Positions 15,905 to 29,110 of a stretch of DNA of 36,263 nt are shown piece after piece. This DNA is from an uncultured bacterium (lineage in GTDB: Bacteria > Krumholzibacteriota > Krumholzibacteriia > WVZY01 > JAKEHA01): assembly GCA_964500785.1 (NCBI GenBank), contig CAZCQM010000002.1:1-36263 (forward strand), written 5' to 3'. Every line of letters begins with the position of its first letter. The first letter of the stretch is position 1. A model generated the notes under the pieces. It was given only the letters and a program-made list of their open reading frames with translations, had not been told where the DNA came from and did not search any database. The position numbers and the translations under genes were made by a program.

Positions 15905-16636
15905 ATGCGTTACATCCTTATGTCTGACATCCACGGCAACCTCGAGGCCCTGCAGGCGGCGATCGAGGCGGCCCGGCGCTATGAGCCCTACCAGTTGATG
16001 TGCCTGGGAGATTTCGTGGGCTACGGCGCCGACCCGGAGCCGTGCCTCGAATTTGCGGGCGACAAGGCGAATCTGATGCTCGCCGGCAACCACGATCTGG
16101 CCGTGGCGGGCGTCATCCCCACCGAGGACTTCAACTCGATCGCGCGTGCCTCGATCGAATGGACGCGCGACCAGCTGGGCCAGGAGGACCGCGACCTGCT
16201 CTCGAACCTCCCGCTCCAGTACATCGACGGTGAATACTGTTACACGCACGCGTCGCCCATCGACCCCATGAAGTTCATGTACATCCGCACGCTCGAAGAC
16301 GTGTCGGAGGTGTTCGGGGCCATCGGGCAGCGTTTCTGCTTCGTGGGACACACGCACCTTCCCGTTCTCGTCCTGATGAACAAGCGCACGGGTCGCATGG
16401 AAGTCGTGCGTGAACCGCGCATCACGATCGAAGATCACTGCCGCTATTTCGTCAACGTCGGCTCGATCGGGCAGCCGCGCGATTCCAACCCCGACGCGTG
16501 CATGGTGGTCATGGACGAAGAGGAGGGCGCCATGGAGTTCGTGCGCGTTCCTTACGACGTCCGCAAGTCGCAGGGGAAGATCCTCTCGCACGGCCTGCCC
16601 TCGTATCTGGCCGAGAGGCTCGTCCTGGCGAGGTAG
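15905..16636 (+). CDS. metallophosphoesterase (calcineurin-like; possible Ser/Thr phosphatase partner of the kinase)
   Basis: ORF 15752..16636, with ATG 15905 after GGAG. Motifs SDIHGN, LGDFVGYG, AGNHD and VGHTH are present in canonical order. Confidence 0.85.
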   Translation: MRYILMSDIHGNLEALQAAIEAARRYEPYQLMCLGDFVGYGADPEPCLEFAGDKANLMLAGNHDLAVAGVIPTEDFNSIARASIEWTRDQLGQEDRDLLSNLPLQYIDGEYCYTHASPIDPMKFMYIRTLEDVSEVFGAIGQRFCFVGHTHLPVLVLMNKRTGRMEVVREPRITIEDHCRYFVNVGSIGQPRDSNPDACMVVMDEEEGAMEFVRVPYDVRKSQGKILSHGLPSYLAERLVLAR

Positions 16637-16639
16637 GCC

Positions 16640-18475
16640 GTGGCCGACGGCAAGAACATCAAGATCATCCAGACCGTCGCTTCCGGCGGCACCGCGGTCC
16701 TGTACAAGGCGATCCAGGTGTCGCTCGACCGCGTCGTGGCGGTCAAACGCCTGCACCCGCACCTGACCACCGACGAAAACTTCACGCGCCGGTTCATTCT
16801 GGAGGCGAAGGCGGCGGCCTCGCTCGACCACGAGAACATCGTGCGCGTCATCGACTTTGGCGTGGAGGACGACTGCTACCAGATCGTCATGGAGTACGTG
16901 GAGGGCGAGAGCCTCAAGGATGTGCTCGAGCGCTGGCGCCCCATCAGCCCCGAGCTCTCGCTCGCGCTGGTGCACCAGATCTGCTGCGGCCTGGAGCACG
17001 CGCACGCCAAGGGCATCGTCCACCGCGACATCAAGCCGGGCAACGTCATGATCACGAAGACCGGCATCGTCAAGATCACCGACTTCGGGCTCGCCAAGCT
17101 CACGCACAGCACCGGCGTGCAGACGGCGGTGGATTCCATCCTGGGCACGCCCCTCTACATGTCTCCGGAGCAGGCCTTCGGCGAGAGCGTCGACCAGCGC
17201 AGCGATCTCTTCTCGCTCGGGACCGTGCTCTACGAGCTGCTCACCGGGCGCCAGCCGTTCGCGAGCGAGAACTACATGGGCGTGATCCAGAACATCCTCC
17301 ACAAGGAAATCCCCAACGTCTGCGAGCTCAACGACGCCGTGCCGCAGAACGTGGAGGCCGTCGTGGCGCGGGCGCTGGCCCGCAACCGCGACGAGCGGTT
17401 CCAGTCCGCGCGCGAATTTCGCGAGACCATCGTGAACGTGCTCGGCCTCGACGGGCTGCGCCGGTCGCTGGGACGCCTGCCCGCCCTGCTCGAACGGAGC
17501 GCCGACACGCGTCTCATCCAGCGCCCCGACATGCCCCGCCCGTCGAAGAACACGGCCTGGGCATCCACCAGCTCGGCCATGAAGCGCAAGAAGTCGCGCT
17601 CGCCGGTACTGACGGCCGTTGGAATGATCGTCCTCGTGGTCGGCGCGGCGGCCGGATACTACTTCTTCGGTCCACCGTCCCTGTCGCTGGGACGCGGCGC
17701 GGCCCGGCCCGGAACGATCATGCAGGGGTCGACGCTCGGCGACGGCCTGGAGACCGCGCCCGCGTCGGCACTCGGCGCCGACTCCGCCGCCGCGGCGCAA
17801 CCGGCGACTGCGGCGCCGGACACGGTGGCGCCCGAGCCCACGGCCTCCGCCGTGACCGCTCCCGTCCAGGCCGCCCCGGCGCCCGTCGACACGGCGAGCA
17901 CCCCGGAGGCGCCCCCCGCACCCGGACCGGAGAGCTCCGGGTCCCAGGCGGCCGCCACGCCGCCTCCAGTGGCGTCCGAGCCCGCCCCGGCGCCGTCGCA
18001 ACCGGAACCGGCGCCGCGCGAGCCGGCCCCGGAGCCGGAGCGATTCCGCGAGGGATACCTGATGGTGTCGGTGGAGCCCCTGGGGCAGATCTACGTCGAC
18101 GGGGTGTACCGCGGGCTGGCGAACCCCACGCTGCGGCTCACGCTCAACGCCGGCATCCACGACGTCGAGTGCCGCAACGAGAAGCACGAAACCTACCGGG
18201 AGACGCTGCACGTGGTTGCCGGCGAGCTGTCGAGGCGATCGATCATCCTCAACAAGCTCAAGGGAACCATCAGCCTCGCCGCCACCGAGGGCGCGGAGCT
18301 CTTCATCGACGGAGAGTTCGTGGGAACAACTCCCATCATGCGACCCATTCGCGTCGACGCGGGGTCGCACACGCTGACCTTGAAGAAGCTGAACTACTAT
18401 ACGTGGACGTCGCAGGTCTCGGTGGAGGCCAACGCGACCCTGCCCCTGCGCATCACGCTCAGCCCTCAGTACTAG
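16640..18475 (+). CDS. Hanks-type Ser/Thr protein kinase with one TM helix, a Pro/Ala-rich linker and two C-terminal PEGA-like domains
   Basis: VAVKRL, HRDIKPGNVM, DFGLAKL and GTPLYMSPEQ. TM helix: VLTAVGMIVLVVGAAAGYYFF. PEGA-like segments: GYLMVSVEPLGQIYVDGVYRG... and GTISLAATEGAELFIDGEFVGTTP.... Its GTG starts 3 nt after the phosphoesterase stop. Confidence 0.9.
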   Translation: MADGKNIKIIQTVASGGTAVLYKAIQVSLDRVVAVKRLHPHLTTDENFTRRFILEAKAAASLDHENIVRVIDFGVEDDCYQIVMEYVEGESLKDVLERWRPISPELSLALVHQICCGLEHAHAKGIVHRDIKPGNVMITKTGIVKITDFGLAKLTHSTGVQTAVDSILGTPLYMSPEQAFGESVDQRSDLFSLGTVLYELLTGRQPFASENYMGVIQNILHKEIPNVCELNDAVPQNVEAVVARALARNRDERFQSAREFRETIVNVLGLDGLRRSLGRLPALLERSADTRLIQRPDMPRPSKNTAWASTSSAMKRKKSRSPVLTAVGMIVLVVGAAAGYYFFGPPSLSLGRGAARPGTIMQGSTLGDGLETAPASALGADSAAAAQPATAAPDTVAPEPTASAVTAPVQAAPAPVDTASTPEAPPAPGPESSGSQAAATPPPVASEPAPAPSQPEPAPREPAPEPERFREGYLMVSVEPLGQIYVDGVYRGLANPTLRLTLNAGIHDVECRNEKHETYRETLHVVAGELSRRSIILNKLKGTISLAATEGAELFIDGEFVGTTPIMRPIRVDAGSHTLTLKKLNYYTWTSQVSVEANATLPLRITLSPQY

Positions 18476-19586
18476 CCGGCTCGGCCGGGGTCTTCAGCAG
18501 CTCGTCCGCCTTCGCCGCCACGGCGGCGGCGTCGAGCGCCTCGAGGCGCCCGCCGGGCGAGCGCACCACGTGGAGCCCGGGGCAGCGCGGCGCCCACCGG
18601 AACGGATCCGTCGGGCCGAAGACGGCGAGCACGCGGGCCCGCGCCGAGGCCGCCACGTGCATGACTCCGGTGTCGTTGCACAGGACCAGGTCGGCGCGTC
18701 TCAGCAGGGCCGCCACGTCGAGGATGGGGTGCGCGCGGATCACGACGCCCGGGACGCGGCACGCGGCCTCGAAGGCCTGTACCGCCGTGCCGTCCGCCGG
18801 ACCCTCGACGACGGCGAGGCTCACGGATCGCGTCCGCGCCAGCGCGTCCACCACCTCGGCGAATCGTTCCGGCGGCCAGATGTTCTCGCTCTTCCCCGCC
18901 CCCGGGTGCACGGCCAGCCGCACCGTTCCCGCCGGCCAGCACGCGCGCGCCGTTTCGTCGGCCCAGCGCTCGCTCTCGGGCCCCGGCACCAGGAGGGGGG
19001 CGATGTCGTCGGTGGAGATACCCGCCGCGCGGAGCGGATAGAGATTGTGCTCCGCTTCGTTCATCGTTGCGAGCTCGGCGTCGGTCGGCAGCGGCAGCGT
19101 CAGATTGAGGTAGCTCCCGGTGAGCGAATCCCCGACCCGGTGTGACGTCGAGCCGACGCGAACCCGCGCACCGGACAGCACCGCCAGCGCGATGCTGGTG
19201 AAAGAGAACGACACGGTGTGGAGCACGATGGCGACGTCGAAGCGCCGTGCGCGCAGCGCGCGAATCAACCGCGGGGTACTCGCTGGATTGCGCTTGTCGT
19301 AGGTGAACACCTCGTCGACATAGGGGCTGTGCGCCAGCACGCCGCGATTGAGCGTCGACGACACCACCGCGATGCGCGCATCCGGATAGGTTTCGCGGAT
19401 CGCGCGCAGGGCCGGGACGGCGAGCATCATGTCGCCCATCTGGTTGTGCTGGCGGATGACGAGGATACGCTCCACGCGCAGGCGCCGGAACTCGTCGACC
19501 GTCATGGGCCGCGCCGACAGCAGGCGCCCCACCCCCCGCATCAGGGCCCGCTTTCCGGAGCGCTCGAGCGTCTTGATGCGTCCCAT
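18459..19586 (-). CDS. glycosyltransferase family 9 (LPS heptosyltransferase-like)
   Basis: ORF 18459..19796, with the likely start at ATG 19586 (MGRIKTLE), 4 nt after the rsgA stop. ILVIRQHNQMGDMMLAVPALRAIRETYPDARI, HPGAGKSENIWPPERF and LVLCNDTGVMHVAAS are GT9 hallmarks. Confidence 0.85.
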   Translation of the reverse strand: MGRIKTLERSGKRALMRGVGRLLSARPMTVDEFRRLRVERILVIRQHNQMGDMMLAVPALRAIRETYPDARIAVVSSTLNRGVLAHSPYVDEVFTYDKRNPASTPRLIRALRARRFDVAIVLHTVSFSFTSIALAVLSGARVRVGSTSHRVGDSLTGSYLNLTLPLPTDAELATMNEAEHNLYPLRAAGISTDDIAPLLVPGPESERWADETARACWPAGTVRLAVHPGAGKSENIWPPERFAEVVDALARTRSVSLAVVEGPADGTAVQAFEAACRVPGVVIRAHPILDVAALLRRADLVLCNDTGVMHVAASARARVLAVFGPTDPFRWAPRCPGLHVVRSPGGRLEALDAAAVAAKADELLKTPAEPASTEG

Positions 19587-19590
19587 CGAC

Positions 19591-20514
19591 CTACCGGCCC
19601 CTGTTGCGGGCGCGCCCGCGCACCTCGGCGAGGATGTCCAGGTAGCTGGCGTAGCGGGAGCCGGCCACCCGGCCCGCTTCGACGTCGGCCTTGATCGCGC
19701 ACCCGGGCTCGTGCGAATGGGTGCAGGGGTCGAAGCGGCACCCCCCACTTCGCTCGGCGATCTCCGGGAAGCACGCCGCCACGTCGGTTTCGTCACCGGC
19801 CGGGAAGCGGAAGGTCTGCATCCCCGGCGTGTCCGCCAGGTAGCCGCCGCGAAATGGAAAGAGCTGGGAGAAGGTGGTCGTGTGGCGCCCGCGCCCGGTG
19901 CGCTCGGCCACGGCCCGGACCTCCAGGCGGCACGCGGGGTCCAGGCGGTTCAGCAGCGAGCTCTTCCCGACGCCCGATTGACCCACGAAGGCGTAGATGC
20001 CGCTGTCGACCCGTTCGGCCAGGGCGTCGACCCCGGCCCCCGATGTTGCGCAGGTCTCGACCACCTCGTAGCCGGCACCGGCGTAGACCGTCCGCAGCTC
20101 CGCCACGCGTCCCGCCTTCCCGAGGTCCACCTTGTTGAGGACGAGGGTCGCCGGCGCCCGCCCCCACTCGGCGGCGCCGAGGACGCGGTCGAGGAACGAG
20201 GGATGGAGCGGCGGGTCCTCGATCGAGGCGACCACGAACAGCCGCTCGACGTTGGCGACGATCAGCCGCTCGCCGCCCTCGCGCTCGACGTAGCGCGAGA
20301 GCCACGATTCACGCGGCCGGACCTCCTCCAGCACCGGTCCGACACCGGGGTCGCGACGCACGCGGACGCGGTCCCCGGCCACGATCTGCAGGTCCCGTTG
20401 CTTCACGCGGAACCGCCCGCGGAGGGAGCACGCGACCAGCGTGTCGCCGACCCGGACCCGGACCTCGCCCCCGGTGACCCGGACGACGAGCCCATCTTCG
20501 AGACGATCCTGCAT
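19591..20514 (-). CDS. rsgA: ribosome small-subunit-dependent GTPase A
   Basis: Circularly permuted GTPase: LNKVDL (G4), GQSGVGKSSLLN (G1), GRHTTT and DTPG. C-terminal zinc knuckle CRFDPCTHSHEPGCA. Confidence 0.9.
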   Translation of the reverse strand: MQDRLEDGLVVRVTGGEVRVRVGDTLVACSLRGRFRVKQRDLQIVAGDRVRVRRDPGVGPVLEEVRPRESWLSRYVEREGGERLIVANVERLFVVASIEDPPLHPSFLDRVLGAAEWGRAPATLVLNKVDLGKAGRVAELRTVYAGAGYEVVETCATSGAGVDALAERVDSGIYAFVGQSGVGKSSLLNRLDPACRLEVRAVAERTGRGRHTTTFSQLFPFRGGYLADTPGMQTFRFPAGDETDVAACFPEIAERSGGCRFDPCTHSHEPGCAIKADVEAGRVAGSRYASYLDILAEVRGRARNRGR

Positions 20515-20564
20515 AAGGGGCCTGCTGTGGACTAGGATTCAAGGAGGGGTGCCACGATTTCCCG

Positions 20565-20593
20565 TTGAGGATAATCCCCGTTTCTGCTAATTT
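20565..20593 (+). promoter_or_regulatory. possible sigma70 promoter of ptsN
   Basis: TTGAGG, a 17-nt spacer, then TAATTT, in the AT-rich gap 43 nt upstream of ATG 20636. Confidence 0.3.
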
Positions 20594-20635
20594 CCAAGTG
20601 ATTCATTCAGGCTGCGTTGCCCCAATCACCAAACG

Positions 20636-21118
20636 ATGTCCACACCGGTGATGACCTCTAGAGAACTCGCTTCATACTTTCAAGAGTCTCTTTGCATCTT
20701 CGACCTGAAGGCAACGAGCAGGCGTGACGCGCTTGCCGAGATGGTCGAGAAGGTCTGCCACGAGAAGGACATCAAGGATCGGGACCTCATCCTCGAGATG
20801 CTGCTGAATCGCGAGAGCCTCGGCAGCACCGCCATCGGGAAGGGCGTCGCGTTTCCTCACGGTCGTACCCTCGCCGTTCGCGAGCTCTCGGTCCTGTTTG
20901 CGCGATCGGTGAACGGCATCGACTTCGACTCCGTCGACAAGAAGCCGACACACGTGTTCTTCCTGATCATCGCGCCGCCCCAGGACCGCGATAACATATA
21001 CCTCCAGGTGCTCGGCCGCGTCGTCGACATAATCAAAGACGACGCGACGCGCGAACGCATCGCCGCTGTGACGAATTTCGCGGAGCTCCGAGACATCATC
21101 GAAGGGCAGGGTTTGTGA
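20636..21118 (+). CDS. ptsN: PTS EIIA-Ntr-type nitrogen regulatory protein
   Basis: PTS_EIIA_2 fold signature RESLGSTAIGKGVAFPHGR (phosphorylatable His) and HVFFLIIAP. About 160 aa, as in PtsN. Confidence 0.8.
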   Translation: MSTPVMTSRELASYFQESLCIFDLKATSRRDALAEMVEKVCHEKDIKDRDLILEMLLNRESLGSTAIGKGVAFPHGRTLAVRELSVLFARSVNGIDFDSVDKKPTHVFFLIIAPPQDRDNIYLQVLGRVVDIIKDDATRERIAAVTNFAELRDIIEGQGL

Positions 21119-21474
21119 GCGAACTCCCAGCTAAGAAGCAGGACCAGGCCCGACTCCTGGTCGCGCTTCAGGACCTCGACCATATGATCCGGGACGCGGA
21201 GGATTCCAAGACCGCCGCCAAACTTCAGGAAATGGGCTTCCCTCTGGACGGACTCGAGGAACTCAAGAAAGCCCGCACCGAACTCACCGAACAGATCAAG
21301 CCCCAGCTTCTCAACCGCTACGAGCGCGTCTCCAAGCGGTACGAACGCAGCGTCGTGCCCGTGATCGGAGAGCTCTGTACCGGCTGCTTCACCAAGGTCG
21401 CCACCTCGTTCCGCTACGAAAAGAACGCCGTGGTCGCCTGCGAGAACTGCGGCCGAATCCTCTATTTTACCTAG
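21115..21474 (+). CDS. C4 zinc-ribbon protein, short COG1579 (HP0958-like) family member
   Basis: GTG overlaps the ptsN stop (GTGA). Short coiled coil, then NRYERVSKRYERSVVPVIGELCTGCFTKV...VVACENCGRILYF, the CxxC...CxxCGRILY ribbon typical of this family. Confidence 0.75.
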   Translation: MSELPAKKQDQARLLVALQDLDHMIRDAEDSKTAAKLQEMGFPLDGLEELKKARTELTEQIKPQLLNRYERVSKRYERSVVPVIGELCTGCFTKVATSFRYEKNAVVACENCGRILYFT

Positions 21475-21524
21475 AACCCCGGTCCCGCTTCGACCGGTGC
21501 GGAGGCCATTCCCGGGCGCCGGGC

Positions 21525-21552
21525 TTGTAACTTCCGCATTTTATGGTAAAAT
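21525..21552 (+). promoter_or_regulatory. sigma70 promoter (extended -10) of the activator gene
   Basis: TTGTAA, a 16-nt spacer, then TGgTAAAAT. It sits in an AT-rich patch ~70 nt upstream of ATG 21623. Confidence 0.5.
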
Positions 21553-21622
21553 AATTTAACGCACCCCCGATTTGTGCGGTTTTCTTTCCCCGTGCGGCCC
21601 ACCGCGGGGCCGTGGAGTCACG

Positions 21623-26035
<4,413 letters not shown>

Positions 26036-26050
26036 GGACCGTTCAACCCG

Positions 26051-26815
26051 ATGGCCAGATCCATTCGTCGTGACGACCTCGTCGCCCACCTCGACACCTA
26101 CCTGCGCGTGGCGGAGATTCCAGACGCGTCGCCCAACGGTCTTCAGGTCCAGGGAGCGGAGCGTATCTCACGCATCGCGTTTGCCGTGGACGCCTCTTTG
26201 CTGACGATCCGCGCCGCCAACCGCGCGCGCGCGGGGTGTCTCATCGTGCATCATGGGCTGTGGTGGGGCCGCCATGAACAGATCGTCGGCAACATGTACA
26301 AGCGCATCGCCGCGCTGATCAAGAACGGCGTGTCGTTATATACCGCGCACCTCCCGCTCGACTGTCACGCCGAGGTCGGCAACAACGTCGAGCTCGCGCG
26401 CCTGCTGGATCTCCACGTCGAGGAACCTTTCGGGGAGTACAAGGGCATACGTGTGGGCCTCATCGCGTCGTATGCGCGCCCTCGCGCACGCGACACATTC
26501 GTCGCCGCGGTCGAGGCCGCGCTGGGGGCGTCGGCCGACGTGCTCCCCTTCGGACCGGCCCGCGTGCGTCGCATCGCCGTGGTGTCGGGCGGCGGCGCGC
26601 CTTTCGCCGAGGAAGCGGCCCGCGCCGGATGCGACACGCTGCTCACGGGGGAGACGTCGCACTCGGCCTTCCATGCCGCCCGCGAAGCCGGCGTCAACGT
26701 CGTGTTCGCGGGCCACTACGCCTCGGAGACCGTCGGCCTGCAGGCGCTGGAGCGCCACCTCAAGGCCCGTTTCCGGGTTGCGACCACGTTCCTTCCCGCC
26801 CCCACGGGCTACTGA
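26051..26815 (+). CDS. Nif3-like dinuclear metal-centre protein (YbgI/YqfO family)
   Basis: PNGLQVQG, LIVHHGLWWG, LYTAHLPLD and AGHYASET, which are the Nif3 metal-ligand blocks. It starts 15 nt after the activator stop. Confidence 0.85.
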   Translation: MARSIRRDDLVAHLDTYLRVAEIPDASPNGLQVQGAERISRIAFAVDASLLTIRAANRARAGCLIVHHGLWWGRHEQIVGNMYKRIAALIKNGVSLYTAHLPLDCHAEVGNNVELARLLDLHVEEPFGEYKGIRVGLIASYARPRARDTFVAAVEAALGASADVLPFGPARVRRIAVVSGGGAPFAEEAARAGCDTLLTGETSHSAFHAAREAGVNVVFAGHYASETVGLQALERHLKARFRVATTFLPAPTGY

Positions 26816-26828
26816 TCCGCCACCGTCG

Positions 26829-29018
26829 ATGAAGGTCTCCGGAACCGTCGTCTTCTTCGTCCTCGCCGGCCTGTTCCTGGCCGCGATCGCGGCGCGCCAT
26901 GCCAGCACGAGCCGCCTCGACTCGCCGTATTTCAGGGGCACGTCGGCCATGAGCTATCGGCATGCCATGGAGGTCACGGACCGCGTGTCGCTGCGCGCGC
27001 GCGACACCCGCGCGAATCACCCGGAGGGATACACGCCGGCGCGCTATCGCGCAGCCGGCTCCGAGTATTTCATGGGGTGGGTGTACCGGGGTGTTCGTTT
27101 CCTGAGCGAGGCCGACGGCCGCACCGCGACCCGGCACGCCATGGTCATCCTGTCGGCGTTGTGCGTGTTCACCATCTACGGCGTCGCGCGGCGGTTGTGG
27201 CAGTGTCAGGCGGCGGGCTTGTTGTCGGCGTTCCTGGTCGCGTTCCTTCCGCCGCTGGTCCACGCCACCAACGGACGGGCGTTTTCGCACGAGATCGTCG
27301 CCGCATTCGTGCTGAGCCTGCACGCGGCGCTGGCGTTGCGACTCCTGCGCGCGACGTCGATGCGCGGCGTGGTGTGGGGCTCGCTGACGGCGGGCCTGGC
27401 GGCGCTGGCCGCGCTCTGGGTCTGGGAGGCTTCGGCGCTGCTGTTGATCGTGTGGATGGCGGGCGTGGCGGCTCTGCCCCCGCGGGGCGGCCGAGCGCGC
27501 GTCGGTTTCCTGGTCGCGCACGCGGCGGCGTTTGCGGCGGCGCTGGCGGCGTTCCCCCACCTGACGTCGGGTGAATCGTTCCCGACGCTGGCGTACGTAT
27601 TCACGCGGCTCCGCTTCCTCTTCGGGCGCCCGGTCGCCAGCCTGCTCTCCGACCAGATGCGCTGCCTGTGGACGCTCGACCACGCCCCACTCCCCGCCGG
27701 CACGTGCATCGCACTGTTCCTGCCCATCGCCATCCTCTCCGTCGCGCTGGCGGTGAATCGCGCCGCGCGCGCGACGCGCATTCGGTTCGTGACCGCCGTC
27801 GCCGTCGCGGGGGCGGGTGCGCTGGCGGCGGCAATCGACCGCAGCGTGCTGCCCGTGGCGGCTCTGGCGATGATCCCCGTCGTGAGCGGCGGCGCGATCG
27901 GCGTGTCGCGCAGTCTGCGCGTGCGCGCCCCGTTGATCGCGCTCGGCGCGCTGGTCGTGTTTGCGGGGACCGTGTTCCCGGAGCAATGGCCGGATGCGGC
28001 GTCGCAGATAGCGCGCGCCGCCGGAGTCGAACACCGCGATCCCTATTCGTTCCTCTGGGTCAGCCTGGAGAACACGGACCGCGAGCTCGTGCGCTTCGTG
28101 TCGCGCCGCACCTCGGTCCGCGATGCCATCTTCGCGCCGGACGACCTCTCCGCGCTTCTCCTTACGTTCACGGGCCGCAAGGCGGTGACGCTCCCCGGCG
28201 GCTCCTCGCCCGCGGTCACCGCCAAGCGCGTCGCCCTGACCCGCGGCCTCTACGGCGACGAGGACGCCCTCTACACCACGTGCCGCGATTCCAGCATCGA
28301 CTACATCGTCTATTCGATCGACGTCATGCTCGACTCGGGCGAGTATTCGCCCCGCTATCTGGCCGCGACCGAGGCCATCGGCCCGCGGTGCGTGGCGTTC
28401 CGCATGCACTTCGACCCCGTGTCGCTTCGTCATTTCACGCTCGTGTACGAGAACGACCACTACCGCCTGTTCAAGGTGACCGAGAAGCCCGAGATGGTGT
28501 TTCTCACCGACCATCCGCCGTTCTACGATCCTGCGCTGCTCAAGGCGTCCGGCGGAAACCCGGAGGCGTTCCGGCGCAATATCGTCAGCCTCATGCTCAC
28601 CTACGCCGACGGCGTCGACGCGCGTTCCATGCGCGACTTCGCCCGGGCGCGGGAGCAGCTGGAGCGGTGCATCCGCGTGGCTCCGCATTTCACGCGCGCC
28701 CGCCTGGCGCTCGCCGACGTATTGATGGACCAGGAGAAGTACTCCGACGCGCGCGACGACGTCATGGCCGTCATCGCCTACGCGCCGGACAATTCACAGG
28801 CGCTCTACTACGCGGCGTTCGTGAACGCGCAACTCGGAAAGTTCGATGAGGCGAAGCAGTTCCTTACCGTAATGCTCTCGCACGAACGCGATCCGGAGCT
28901 CGTCGAGAAAGCGCGGCTTCTGCAGGCATACATGGACAACGGGCTTCCCCTCGAACCCGGTGCGCCCCGCCCGACACCCGATGCCAAGACAAGAGAAGAG
29001 AACGGCCGCGGCGAGTGA
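26829..29018 (+). CDS. polytopic membrane protein with C-terminal TPR domain (GT-C-like / PMT-TMTC-like architecture)
   Basis: ORF 26451..29018, with the credible start at ATG 26829 (MKVSGTVVFFVLAGLFLAAIA), 13 nt after the nif3 stop. About 10 hydrophobic helices are followed by a soluble part and TPR-like repeats (RARLALADVLMDQEKYSDARDDVMAVIAYAPDNSQALYYAAFVNAQLGKFDEAKQFL). The fold assignment is inference only. Confidence 0.6.
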   Translation: MKVSGTVVFFVLAGLFLAAIAARHASTSRLDSPYFRGTSAMSYRHAMEVTDRVSLRARDTRANHPEGYTPARYRAAGSEYFMGWVYRGVRFLSEADGRTATRHAMVILSALCVFTIYGVARRLWQCQAAGLLSAFLVAFLPPLVHATNGRAFSHEIVAAFVLSLHAALALRLLRATSMRGVVWGSLTAGLAALAALWVWEASALLLIVWMAGVAALPPRGGRARVGFLVAHAAAFAAALAAFPHLTSGESFPTLAYVFTRLRFLFGRPVASLLSDQMRCLWTLDHAPLPAGTCIALFLPIAILSVALAVNRAARATRIRFVTAVAVAGAGALAAAIDRSVLPVAALAMIPVVSGGAIGVSRSLRVRAPLIALGALVVFAGTVFPEQWPDAASQIARAAGVEHRDPYSFLWVSLENTDRELVRFVSRRTSVRDAIFAPDDLSALLLTFTGRKAVTLPGGSSPAVTAKRVALTRGLYGDEDALYTTCRDSSIDYIVYSIDVMLDSGEYSPRYLAATEAIGPRCVAFRMHFDPVSLRHFTLVYENDHYRLFKVTEKPEMVFLTDHPPFYDPALLKASGGNPEAFRRNIVSLMLTYADGVDARSMRDFARAREQLERCIRVAPHFTRARLALADVLMDQEKYSDARDDVMAVIAYAPDNSQALYYAAFVNAQLGKFDEAKQFLTVMLSHERDPELVEKARLLQAYMDNGLPLEPGAPRPTPDAKTREENGRGE

Positions 29019-29030
29019 ACGCCGCGGCCG
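29003..29030. terminator. GC-rich hairpin spanning the stop codon of the membrane/TPR gene; likely terminator for the convergent tRNA transcript
   Basis: CGGCCGCGGCG (29003-29013) pairs with CGCCGCGGCCG (29020-29030), with a 6-nt loop. On the minus strand it is followed by the T-rich TTCTCTTCTCTT. Confidence 0.5.
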
Positions 29031-29035
29031 TCGAA

Positions 29036-29110
29036 TGGTGGGGGCTACTGGATTTGAACCAGTGACTCCTACCGTGTGAAGATAGTACTCTCCCGCTGAG
29101 TTAAGCCCCC
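29036..29110 (-). tRNA. tRNA-Val (anticodon CAC), CCA encoded
   Basis: The minus strand reads GGGGGCT-TA-ACTC-AGCGGGA-GAGT-A-CTATC-TTCACAC-GGTAG-GAGTC-ACTGG-TTCAAAT-CCAGT-AGCCCCC-A-CCA. All four stems pair, the T-loop is TTCAAAT, and the anticodon loop is TT-CAC-AC. Confidence 0.9.

Noticed and set aside
15836-18370. Very long antisense ORFs: 844 aa here, plus 21467..24424 (985 aa), 9893..11689 (598 aa), 24707..26089, 26760..28688, 2488..3669, 1193..2038 and others.
   Set aside because: All lie opposite ORFs with unambiguous family motifs. All are Arg/Gly/Ala/Pro-rich with no motifs. This is the expected stop-codon depletion artefact of high-GC DNA, not overlapping genes.
18459-18475. 17-nt convergent overlap between the kinase and GT9 3' ends.
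   Set aside because: Short tail-to-tail overlaps are common in compact high-GC genomes, and both C-termini are non-conserved tails. There is no evidence of regulatory significance.
20537-20554. TGGCAC on the minus strand upstream of rsgA (TGGCACCCCTCCTTGAAT).
   Set aside because: The -12 element is out of register. TTGA sits one nt too far and lacks the invariant GC, so it is not counted as a sigma54 promoter.
29036-29110. tRNA-Val as an integration site for a genomic island.
   Set aside because: I found no integrase, no direct repeat of the tRNA 3' end, and no compositional break on either side. The flanking genes are ordinary housekeeping genes.
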